This document shows, in pieces, positions 13,801 to 27,374 of a stretch of 64,000 nt of DNA; the first letter of the stretch is position 1, and each line of letters begins with the position of its first letter. Under the pieces are notes generated by a model, which did not search any database, had not been told where the DNA came from, and saw nothing but the letters and a program-made list of their open reading frames with translations. Position numbers and translations under genes: made by a program. The stretch lies in assembly GCA_965644265.1 (NCBI GenBank), contig OZ286469.1, forward strand, positions 39,804,001 through 39,868,000, read 5' to 3'. The stretch comes from Glycera tridactyla. Taxonomy: Eukaryota.

Positions 13801-16800
13801 CACCGATCGACATCCTGATACCTTCCTTCTCAGCTGGAGGTTAGTATCCCTCTCAAATAACCTGTGTTGGTTTTTGGGAGAGTTGACAGAAGTTTGTTTT
13901 TTCCCCTCAGGATTTGTATTCCTACAGACCTCAGTGGCAGTGTGTTCAGCGAACAGAGGCTGCGTTATATTTGTGTTATATTTCTCTCACATTTGGAAAC
14001 TGAAGTGGTAAACAACGTACAGCTAGGGAGCGAATGTTAGCGCATGAAAAAGACGAACCGTAGGTTCTGTGTGCTCAACTGAACACGCTGCTGGTGTTGT
14101 GATGATGTTTGTTGGTTGGTCTGGGTTTAATTTGTAGCATGACTATCATGCACCATGCAGTTGCCTAGTACAGCAATACTCTTTTTCTAGGAATATCTGC
14201 AACTAACATTTGTTTTTCTATTTCTCTTGATTCGAGCACAGTAAACCACCTGTGATATGGATGGAATCTTGATAGTTTAGTTGGAATCCGATGTAGGGAT
14301 GATGATGTATATGAATTACATGAACTGTCTTGAATAGGGACTATCGAATCGGATGATGGTGGAATATGTCAGAAGATATGTCGTAGAAGTGCTGTGTTGT
14401 CAATGATTTCCCAACAGGGTCATCAATCGTACACCTGGTTGTGAGGCAATCTTTTGCCAAAGTTCGTTAAATCATATCCAGTTGGTGGTGTCAATCCAGC
14501 ACCAATGATCAGCAAATGTGTCCTTGAATAAGAAGTGAGATATTGGTCCACTGACAAATGCTCTATTTTGATTCACAGAGTGGAAGATCCCGATGCATCC
14601 ATCTACAACGGTTACTGTGGTGATGGAGCCGGTGAGATGGACATGTCTGGTGATGTGTACTGCGACTGTCAAGGACTCGACTCAGCCAGTTGTGGTGGTG
14701 CATTCAACCGTGTCCAGTGCTCACTGTCCAGCATCACTGTAGGTGCTGTTGATGTGACCGCTGCCTTCCTGGACCTGGCCATCACACCAGATGAATGTGA
14801 TGATGCCCAGTTTGAAGCAGATCTCGACTTGGTTCCAGTGAGTACTTTCTATCAGATCAATATTTTGCTTGTGATGTAGGTGAATGAATAGATAATTGTG
14901 CCATTGATATTGACAAATTAGTACATGTGAAATTCATCACGAGTGACTGAGTCATCGATTTGTTTCTACGATGAAGGTTTCTTTTTCATTCAAACTCATT
15001 GCCTATCTGGATCTCCCAGAGGTTTTCGTCATCATTTTTCTCTCTATTGATCTAGAGACCCCGATGGTAGATATTTATGGTTCTTTTGCAGGACACATCT
15101 GTACCCTCGGTTGATGAGGATCAGGCAAGAGCGGAGTGCACAGCTGCCATTGAAGCATCAGCAACGGTTACTGCATGTGGGGCAACTGTCACACTTGACA
15201 TTGAAGCCCAGATCAACAGTTGCACAATTGACTACATGGTATGTTGACAAGCCAAACCATTCAAACACATCCTCAGGCATGGAGAATACAAATGATGATG
15301 AAGTACTTCCAGATTTCAGAAGAGATGCAGTCAGACGGAAGCCATATTGAGTTCTCAACAACCACTATCATCCATCCATAAGAATGATATATTCACCAAT
15401 ACATTTGATAGCATCACAAAGCGAGAAACATGGGAAAGTTCAAACGAAAATTCATTTGACAAGAATAGCACCCGACGTGGATGACATTTGAATATAAATG
15501 TTCAGATCGCACCCCTTTACTTCTGAGTGAATTAGGGATTGAGATTGAAATTTGTCAGACTCCAGCCCGAAATGTTCGACGAGAACTTGTATACCCGACG
15601 AGAACTTGTATAGTCGAAGAACAACATGTAAGAGGAGAAGTAGTGAAATTGAACATCAAGAATAGATGCAAAATGGAGAGCCTTTTCGAAAATCAAATGA
15701 CAACATTGACATGTACAGAAAGCACTGGAATACTGTCCATTTGTTGTTGTTATGAGGCCCTTCTAATACCTAGGGCAAGCTCATTTGGGTAAGATGATAG
15801 TAGCAATTCTTCACTAGGTGACAAAATCAGCAAAAAAGTAGCAACATAATGTACTCAGGTCTCTCCTCCAGTGATCCATCAGACTGCAAACAGGGAGAGC
15901 ATTATTGATAGGTGTTGACATTCTTGTATATTTTTGTCATGTCTGTCATTTCTGTTCGGTGAATAGGCATCTGGAGTAATTGAATGGGCTCAGGCAGCCA
16001 TCAGTGCGCTGACTCGCCAGTGTCTACGTACCCTTGCCACAGACACAAATCGCTGGGTAGTAGATGATGATGGCAATGTTGGTCCTCCCAACGACATCAC
16101 AGAACTGCTCTGTGACAATGACTGCAGTGGGCATGGAACATGTGTTGGTGAGTACCTCATAGATGTTCATTTGGTTGGATAGTATGATCAACGTACATAT
16201 GTGCCTGGGGAAGAACTAGATTAAACACTATATCAGTCAATCACAGCCGAATGAAAGACAATTCCCTCTGCTGAAGAGAAGATGGTACCCAAGGATAGGT
16301 AATGTTCGTGAGATCAGTTTCCTCACATATCACAGGATATAAATCTCTACATCGTCCTATGCCCTAAAATACAGGAACATCTATGACCCCTCTGTAGATA
16401 CATTCATTATTGAATCCCCACTGAAGACATATCTGTATGATGTAATAGAATGTCATGGTAATGGGACCAGCTTCCTTGGCAAAAATTGAAACTTTGCACT
16501 ATGCTGAATGAGTATGAACGATGTTTATCAGAGATGATGATGTGAGCTGGGGTGTTTTAGGTGGAACGTGCCAGTGTGATGAAGGGTGGATGTTGGCTGA
16601 CTGCAGTCAGGAGGAGTCCGACCCTCCAACTATCACACAAACTTGCCTGCCATGTGATGGAGCCTGTAACTCCATGACTATCACAGGAGATGGCTTCGCC
16701 AATATCAACACCCTCTCCTGCAGGTTCACCACAATTACTGTAAGTATCCAGTATTTATTTCACATATTTCACGGGCTTATCCTTATCTCTCAACGAGATG

Positions 16801-19800
16801 TAAGACCATTCCACCAAGCCAAGGTGAGAGGAAGCAGTGGAGATCACCAATCCAAATGAATATATGGAGTGAGAGGGGGATTGAGTCATCATAATATCGA
16901 TTCACTTGTGTATCTGAGATACCGGGGTCTATGTTATTGACTTTCAAGAGCAAGTAATACTGGGAACCAAATGTGAGGCGCGAGTCTATCCCTTGAAAGG
17001 GAAAATATAGATCTGAAATGTGGCAATTCCTTGAGTTCTTGTTTGTTTGAGTAGAATGAGTATAACAAAGGGGTTAGAAGAAGGAACAGGCTGACGGTAC
17101 ATCAAAACTAGGTCAGGTATAAATGTGAATGAGGTGAGGAGAGGATGATAGGCATCAGAATATGGTGAGAGCAGATACAATTTGGATGTCATGTGGGGGT
17201 ACGTAAGCCATGGTATGGTGTTTTGTGTGAGTATCCCCTTTTCATGTGCTGAAATGTATCTGTCTTGGTTTTCAGGTAACAGAGACAACCTGGGAGTTGA
17301 CAAGCACAACAGTAACAGCAGGAGCATCCTATCTGAGTGTGGGCCAGGTATCCTGCCCCCTACCAGAGAGTACTGGAAGTTACCAGATCGAAATCAGCAA
17401 TGATGGGACTACCTACAGTGATACGAGCGCCATTGTCCTCACTGTTGATGCACGTTGCTATACCTGCAACTGCCTCGACAATACATGCACTCAAAACGTG
17501 AGTTACCCCATATCCTGGTTCAAAATAACACTTGATGTTGAGATTGAGATTTTCCATTAGTATTTAGCCAGAAATTCCTGAAGACCGCACTTTCTTCATA
17601 TTGGTACAAATCAACATGAACATGTATACATGAAGAACAACATGTAAGAGAATGGATAGTGAGGTTGGGCATCAAGAATAAATGCAAACTGGACAGACTT
17701 TTAGAAAATCGAATGACACCATGGCCCTGCTCAGACTGCACAACTCGTGTCACTAAAAAGATGATTTGTCGCTGTATCTGTCCAAACTACACAGTGCTAT
17801 GTGGCGACATCGTCATCAGCTACATATTCATGGTGAATATAGCAGATATAGGCAATCAATCTTTTGATTAAGCTCGTTTAAATGGACGGTTTCTTTGAAT
17901 ATATTGATGAATCTTTACTTCTCACTTGTGTTTAAATGGGACGCTTCGGTTTACACACCAGTGAATACTTCCTATCAGCTATCATGCTCCTTTGATGATG
18001 GCGATGTTCCCAGGTATGCATGATGGAAATGTGACTTTCTTGGCTCCTGTTTTAGGCTGATTCATGTGTCATCGATGGAGTGTGTTATGAAGCAGGTGAC
18101 CAAAACCCAGACAACGAAGAAGACTGGTGTGATCCAAGCCAGAGCATGACTGCCTGGTCTCAACTAGGTTCGTATCATCTAGATTGGTACTCTTATCCGT
18201 GTATTTGTTGCAGACAAATACTGAAATTCAAATAACAGAAAGATGAAGAATATTGGTATTTTTCACTCTGAAACATCTAGAGAGTTTGCCATAGATTTAG
18301 GTCTCCATATTCATCATCAGGATGTTGGCATATATCGATGCCAGAATAACAGATGTCATCCTTGTTTTTTGAACATCTGTCACATCCTGTGCTAATGAAC
18401 TGGCAGTCCTTTGCCTGATCTGATATCAACCATGTAAAAAATTAGATCCTGTATGAACCTCTATAATATATCGATGTGACATTACACCATTTGAATTGGA
18501 AAGATCACACCTCATTGCACACTCCTGTATACTTGCTATACCATTTGTGTATTCACTTGCAGATGACCAACCAGTGGTGTTCTTGCCACTGGATCAGTGT
18601 GCACTTGGCATGGACTTCTCCCTGTACTCAGCGGACAGCATCAGCACTTGGGAGAATCTCGATATGTTTGAGCCAGTGGCCGATAGCGTCGTGGATGTTG
18701 TACGCTTCATGCCTGGCTATGGGAGCACAGTTGATGTCGCCCTTCCACCTGACATCTCTATGGATTCAAGTTTCTCAATTTATGCCCGTATTACTGTGCA
18801 GGTTCGTAATCTCTGCCAAACTCATCCACATTGTATTCCATCTATATCTTCCTCTGTTAATTGGTAAGATGTCAACACCATTTCAGAGGTTCGCAAATTC
18901 AACCACCTCAACTTCAAGTCAACAGATTGCTAGCGTTAATGTGATGCTTGGGGATCCTATTGTTTTTCTCAATTTCATGAGTTGAAATCAAGCTCGACAT
19001 CATGTTGCAGAATGTTGCTAGTGGCCATCAGTGTCTCATGCTCTACCAGAGTAAATCATATCCATTTTTAAGATAAACTTCATTCTACGGGCAAGCAGCA
19101 TATGAAGTATTTCACAAGAATAATGTACAAGTGATAATGACCCTTGTTATTGATCTTTTCAGGGTAATGGGACGATTTTAGTCTGGGGTGATGACATTGA
19201 AGAGAACTGCATCCGACTATACACACTGGTTGATGAGTTTGGAGTCTGTTCCCTGTGGTTCGAAACCGTATCCAAAGATGACAATTCCATCAGAGGTAGG
19301 ATTTCATAAGTTCCTTATCACTTGCTACGATGTGAGGCGTTCCCAAACACATTTCTTCCCAGAAAACTATGCCAAATTGTAAGTGGTGCAAATCAAGGCC
19401 AACATGATTCCCATTCTGCTTTGATTTGAACATTCAACAAGAGGGAATTCTCAATGAGCCAGTTTGGTGCTTCGGATCAGGTCGTGTTCAACCAAAGAGA
19501 CATTCATCCGGACTTCACAACAATCTCTGTTCTTATGGAATCTGTGTTTTAGGAAATGTCAAGGGAATGCTTATATGAGCAGAGGTACTATCTCCCCCAC
19601 TAGATTCGAACAATCTGCGAAATGTTAACATGACTGCGACAGTCTTTTGGTTACCACCATATCATGAAATCTGTTCATGTATGGTGGGTCAACACTGATG
19701 TTTTTCTTTGTATTCGAGAAAGATGCAAGTGAAAATCCTGATATAAGGTTATGATCGTCATTGTCATATACACCACCGTTTGTGCATGATTCTTCTAATT

Positions 19801-22800
19801 TCGTTCAGCTGCCTATAATCCCCTGAGGGATGGAGCAGCACTTTCATGATAGGGAATATTTGGTAACATCTGTCCTCTACTAAATGTCTCCAAATACACT
19901 GTCACTCTGACCGTATCCTAACATGATGGCATCATTACTGGTTCAGCTCATGTATTTCTCCTCGATATTTCAACATGCATTGTCAAGAATAGGGTGATTT
20001 AAAATAAATGGTGCATTGTTTATGTTTATCCCAACATGATGGTAAATGTAAGAAGATATACAGTCGAACCTCCCTATAAAGACCGCCTTCGGTCGCATAA
20101 AAAGTGACCTTTATAGGAGGTGGTCTTTATAGAGAGGTAATTTACTGTTGAAATTACTACCACGGTCGCAGTTGAGGGCGGTCTTTATAGGGAGGTGGTC
20201 TTTATAGAGAGGTGGTCTTTAGAGGAGGTTCGACTGTATTGTATTGTTACGATGTCAATGAAAGAAATGTTTCACCCAGTTATCCGACCATAACGGGGTG
20301 TTTGGTACGAGCTGTCACTTTTTTTTCCATTCATCAGGTGCTGTGTCCTACAACAATATCGCAATGGATGAGCCATTGGACATTGCTGCCACATATGATG
20401 CTGATGCTGCGCATATGGGACTGATTGTGATGGGAGATCATGCGCCGTCTTTCATGTATGATACGCCCGTTGCACTCAAAACAGATGGACTTCTCCATGT
20501 GGGTACATCCTTGGATGGAACTATCTACTGTCTGAGGATGTTTGATCGCTTCATCTACAAGTCAGAGTTTGCTGACCATGTCACCTGTCCTCTGGGTAAG
20601 ATATACGATATTGTATGACTAGTATCTTTGTGTGATCGAACATGCCATTCGACCCAAATGATCAATTCAATAAGAAATTATCATCATATTTGGATGCTAC
20701 AATAAGATAAGATGATACTATGATGTATTTTAAAGTGTTTTTGATGATGTCCCTTAACCATCTAACCAGCGCATCTGGATGTTGCTTCTTTTCCCTCCAT
20801 GAAGTACATCGCAAAGAATGCATCGACTGCCTGTGACAAAAGCTTTTCTGCTTTCTTGCAGGTCCAGACTTCAATATTGGCATACGAGGTGAGTAGTTTT
20901 GGCGTCTTTATCCATGTGCACTGTTCAAATTGTTTCATAATATTATCTTGGGGAGTTCAATTCTGTTCAGAAGACGGAGGCCATGTACAGATACAAATAG
21001 TGCACCGAGGGATGGAGGATCATCTCTGTGTACAAGGTTTAGCTGCTCTCAAAAGGCTATATATACTCATTGACTTACACGTGCATCTCAGAAGAGCATG
21101 TGAATAAACATATAACAATTTTACATGCGTGTATGATTTGATGGAATGGATCCTAGTTGTTTCAATCCTTTGTGGAGAAATCCAATGTCTCTTTTGATGA
21201 CTAGTGGAGACAAATCAAATGATGAATTAGTACCATAAATATCTGTATATGCCTATAGTTGGTTGTATGATTGACTCAGTTCTGGTCAAATTAGAATATC
21301 CTTAACTCTAGGTCTCCTCAACATAAATGACTTTCGTATTTTCATAGGTTATCCAATTGTTCCTGCCCGACCGACTATTGCCCTGGAAATTATGGAGGTG
21401 GTGAACACAACAGAGAAGACATGGCAGCTGAGATGTGACAGTCCTCCAGCAACTGATGGCTTGATCCAGTACACTGTCACCTGGTACATAAATGATGATG
21501 ATGACTTGCCATTAAGTGTGAAGAACTTCCTCTACAATGTCAGCGAAGTCGACACCATCACCAGCTACCTCACTCCAGATCAGCTTGAAGCTGCCAACAT
21601 CACCTTCATCAGCAGTGTATGTGTAACTTCTTCATCATAATTCGAATTTATATTCTGTCGAATCAAAAATTCATATCATAATCACTCTACCTCATACTTG
21701 AATTAGGAGAACCCTGGTAATCGTCCTCATGAATCCCTTTGTGTATCACCTGTCACCTGTTTTTTCCACATTGTAACATTTCAAACACCTTACCCTCCTA
21801 GTGTCGAGCTCAAATAAGGGAAATAGGTATGACCCCGGGTCTGAAATGATTGATCCTGGTGTAAAGTTGGTACTGTAAAAAGTGAGCACCAAATGACTCT
21901 CAGTAATAAACACGCATGAATATGCAAGCAGGAGAGCAGGGATACCAACCTCAGTCAATGATGAAGAATTGTGCTTAACAAAGAATAACCGTCCATCTGG
22001 GAATATATAATGACCAAGGGGACTCAACATGGATACTCTTGTTCAGTTCTGATGTAGAGAATGACAATGTTTGACAGACGTGATTTGAGAAAACGTGGTC
22101 CAAGATTATTGACCTATCAAGAGAAGCCGGCGAGCCTTTCCTAGTTCAATCTTTATTTAGGTGCTGTTTTCTGAATTGTCTCAGTCATTGATCCTTCTTA
22201 CTTCCATTCACTTTTTTGTTTGTGTGAAAGATATGGCATCGTGAGTAGGCAGCCTCTGCTAAAAACCTGCACCATCAATCATTATGAAGTATGTGTTCAT
22301 TGCTTGCAGATTGAGTGTGAGGTCACCACATGCTATGCTGACGACTGTGAATACACGTGCCCCTTGATGAGTGAGCCATACATCCCACATGTCACAGTAA
22401 GTCACCATATTTATATCATAACTTACGGTGAAGAAAATTTTGGAATATCAGAATGATGAAATCATAAAATTCCAGCAACATCTATGTCGCATTTCTTGAA
22501 GCTCTGTTATGCTGAAAACGGTGTTTTTGTTTCATTCTGAGATAAGATGCATTGTTAGCGACACAATCATAATGGTTGGAATTCGGAAGACTTAATAATA
22601 TTCACAATGTCTGTAAGGCAATTTCACCAATCTGCTCCTTTCCCAAACTGCCCTGCCATCTCCATGGAATATGACAAGCCTTCCACACTACGAATGGCAT
22701 CTCACGGCGATAATGATTCACAGCACTCGAAATGGATAACCAGGGAATATCTCAAAAAGGATTAATCGTTCTGTAATTCTATATCAAAGACATTTGTTAG

Positions 22801-25800
22801 TATTTTCCATATAAGTGGGATATATTCTTAATTTCAGGTGCTGACTGAGAGCCTGACTGTCATCGAAGGTGGCGTACCTGGGGTAGTGGAGGTCACAACT
22901 AATCTCCCACCTGAGTACTTCTGTGTAAACCGGACAATGGCCGATGGACCTGATGTCTGTCAGATCAGCATCATGGGATACATCGACATCATGGATGACC
23001 TCGATCTGCACTGTTATGATTCTGGAACTGTCGTATCCCAGGCAGTGATTGGATATGACATGGAATATCCTGATGAGTACCGACAGACTTGTGGTCTGTA
23101 TATCACCACAGACAACTGGATGGAAACACTGCGTATTCCGGTGCATGCTATGATTGATGGTGTGGTGGATGGAGAGCAGAGTCGCACATTACATGTCCAC
23201 CATCATGTCCAGTATATGTCTACTAGTCTGTATGATGGGGAACTCAAGTCTCTAGAGGTAAGTTGACTGATGATTGAAATGTCATATGGGATGAACTGTA
23301 GAAAAAGATAGTGGTTGGTTGGTTGGGTCAAGATCGATGGAATGCCTGCGACATATGTGGTATACTTGACGTCCCATTCCTGTATAATGAACTGTCAAAT
23401 AAATAAATAAAATAAATAGATTAATTGTGAAGCCCAAGAAGTGAGCATGGTTGAGATAATCCATGCTTTCTCCTGGGTCCCCATTGGAAGTGAGACTTCA
23501 TGAAATTCTCAGACAGTGGAAAGCCAAGATGGTGGATAAGCCCTAATGATGATCAACCACATTCATCCTGAGATACCAGTTGCCTGATAACTACGCCTTC
23601 CAGAAGTGGTAATCATTGTGAAGCTTGGGAGTGGGGATGATATATGATTTGCCACCTGTGTCCTGCCCATGGTGAAGACTAATTATGTGTTTTCTTGCCA
23701 ATTCATTGAGACAGTGCACAGAATCTTTAAACCAGTCAACAGTCACTGATCAATTTCTCACAATGCAGTTGCTTGTTGGGAAGAGAAGCAAATCATCCTT
23801 TCTACATTCCTCATTATTCTCTCCTTGGAGCTATTCGAGATCCCATTCTCATCATATATCTGTCATTTATTCTCTCTTTCGGCCAATCTCTCTGATCTCT
23901 CACTTCCTGCGTTCCATCGTCTTGTGCACATTCTACTCTTTTGCAGATAGTTATCGCTGTATGGTCACTCTCTTCATTGGCTACTCCCTCATATTTTCCC
24001 AATCTCTCTCTCTCCGATATGAAAGCCTTTTTGTCTGGAACTTTTCTAGTTTATGATGATGACAAGATTCAAATACGACCCACTCGACCGTACCTTCAAT
24101 AAATGATGGCATAGCATGTTCTCTGAAACTCTCTTTTGTGTTGTTGTAGGTTCTGGTTCAGGATCTCAACAACGATGTTGAATGTCATTCAACAGGAGAC
24201 CCTCATTACATCACTTTCGACAAAAAGTGAGTTGATAGGTTTACCTTCATTGAGATTCGCCATGTTGAATTTGTCTCTCCTATTTCTAAATCAGATACCA
24301 TGTTTGGATATTGGAAGCAGAAGAAGGCAAAAGAGGGGGCCAGAACAAGCTGCATATATTGATACCTCTCACTCACTATAGTCATCAATGTAGATTATAT
24401 TACGCAGAATATCTCATATCGGCTATCTCAGAGTGTGATGGATAGTGGACGTTTCTCGCAAAAGAAGTGTTTTCATGAGAAGGGATTCTCTTAGTTGTTG
24501 CAGCATGGAATTGCCAAGGTTTCGACGCAGGCATGACTTGACATCACTTCACTAAGTTTTCATCAGTAAGTCATATAGGAAATGTTTAACATTGCTCATT
24601 TTGTTCTGTTTTTCCAGGGAATTTGATAACTACTTTGAGGGTGAATTTATTCTCTACCGGCACGACACTCTCCCATATGAGGTATGTACAACTTTACCCT
24701 TCTACTTGTGGTGATGGATCATAAAAGAAGAACTGAATAGCTTGTTTTGTCACAGAAAATGACAGGCCTATAAGTTGCGACTAACATTTGCATACGTATG
24801 CTGATATATCAATATGATCGCGTCTCACATGAAGAATGCTTGGTAGGGATTTGGCGAGCATCCATTCCATTCATTGAGCTGAGGAACCTGCTGATGACCC
24901 CTCCCTCTCCTACCCCAAGTCCAAAACCCCAAACCAAGTTTAAGGGCCTCTGCACCCTTGGCACCATATTTCCCAGATCAGCTAATGTTGATATCAGGTT
25001 GCGAAATGCCTGCAAACTCTGGGACAGGGGTCTGTTGCTGCCTTGTTTTCATTGTGGGCACCTGCCTCAAAAATGTGTGTAGCACACATTAGACGATTCT
25101 GAGTGATAAATTATATTTCCATTCGTCATGGATTTTGCATCAATGTATTGTAGAATCAGTGCATCACAGTAGTGTTTTGAGATATTATGATGATACATGT
25201 GATACAGAAAATTGTTTGATCTGTAATTTCAGGCACGTACATACCTCAAGAGTTGCTACAATGCTGTGGCATGCATCTGTGCAGCAGCAGTACGTTTCGG
25301 GGATGATGTCATCGTGATCAACTCATGTGATAATGGTGGCGCTCTGGGTGTTACTATGTATGTACATGGGGATCTCACTGCTGGCGTACAGATCATCCAG
25401 TTCAATGGAGGCACCAAATATCAGGTATGGATAGGAGAGAAATTTCCTATGGGCTTTGATACTCTCTGTTTGAATAATTATGCAATAAATATGTCCGTCA
25501 TTTATACAATGCAATACATTTGTTGTATTGTATTGTATTGTATTGTGGTAATTGCATCTCTTTATTTCGTTTCGTCTTCTGTGTGCATAACTATATATAC
25601 AATCACCCCAAAATATATAATGAAAAAAAAACTTTTTCCAGATTGTGCTGCCTTCTGGTGGTTATCTGACGGTGGAGGATGGTTCGGATCAATATATGAA
25701 TACCTACTTCCAACCATCACCTCTCGACTGGCAACACACAGAGGGCCTGTGTGGAACCTTCGATGGCATGCGAGAAAACGAGTTCATTCGCTTTGACGGC

Positions 25801-27009
25801 TCCATCGACCCTACAGATCTACCCAACAGGCACCCTGACACATTCACGCTCAGCTGGAGGTAATAATATGTCTCTCATACCACACAACACTACTCCAATT
25901 ATCTATGGGGCACCCAGTAAATATTTCATATGAAATGGGTGACCATATTGATCTGACTTGAACATTCTCAATTCTACTTGATCATCCGCTTAATCTGTGA
26001 TTTTCGAAAGAGGTAAACATGTCATCCATCTCATCTAACATGGGTGACATCCTTGGTGGCATCAGTGTATGTTGCTACTTCTAAGGTGCAGCTGGTAATT
26101 TGACATGTCAAATCGTCACTATTCCCCTTCTCTATGCAGTCCAAATGTCCTGTACATGCCAATGTCCTGTACATGCCAATATACGTTCATGCATGCATTC
26201 ATCTATACATCCATGCATACACACACATTAATATACATGATCAACACACAAACTTACATTCACACGTGTATGTATTTAAAGAAATATAGGATATGTGATG
26301 TTTGAAGATTTTCAATGAAATATGACCTGGGTTTCTCTTTGTCTTTCACAGAGTTGAGGACCCTGCAGAGTCGATCTACAATGGTTACTGTGGTGATGGA
26401 GCAGGTGACTTCAGTACTGGAGAGACATACTGTGACTGTCCATCAATGGAAGCAGGCACATGTGGAGATGCTTTCAATGTGGTCCAGTGCTCACTGAGCA
26501 GCATCAGTGCTGGTGGTACCGATGTCACCACCCTCTTCCTTGACTCAGCTATCACCCCAGATGGATGTGACGATGAAGTGTTTGATGCAGATCTTGACTT
26601 CGTACCTGTAAGTTTGCGACCTATTCTGGTCTCCTAATAATCTATTAATTAATAGAATGAAATAAATACATGACAGAATACCATGGCCATGCTAGCTAGA
26701 AATGAGTTACAAGGCTCAGATGGTGTTCTACTGCCAGAGCTGATTTTCTTGTAAGGAGGGGCTTATGCTACTGCAGTTTATGCTATCATCATGCTAATGT
26801 TGATATCACAGCTGCTGTAATCACCTTCATTCAAACTAAAGCTTATACACCCAAATAATGACAATTTTTACCATTGACAGAGGTTGCCATTGCCAAAGCT
26901 AATATCACTTCTACTTTTGCTTTCGCTACTGCTCGTCCTAAGATGCAATTGTGCTACTGATGCCGTGACACTCATCACACTGATACCAGACACATAACTT
27001 ACTCCAGCA

Positions 27010-27072
<63 letters not shown>

Positions 27073-27310
27073 ATACCAGATAGATCATTGTACTCTCCAA
27101 TATCATCTCATCTCATCCTTATCTTCCATTTCACCTGTATTGTCCTGTTTGTCCACCCTGTAAATGTCTTGCCTCAGTTTTGTCCGTGTAATCTTTCTTT
27201 TTTCGTATCCTATCGTTTACCTGGAAATGTGTACCTTTATTACCTAGTGTATTGAATGTATGCAATTGCTGTAACGATGTTAAATAAAGTTTGAAAATCA
27301 AATCAAAATC

Positions 27311-27374
<64 letters not shown>

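Larger units (their letters stand above)
11063..22396 (+). repeat. Tandem module 2 (17 exons, 3072 nt CDS; LamG split in three)
   Basis: Exon classes A-O with L interrupted twice. Confidence 0.85.
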
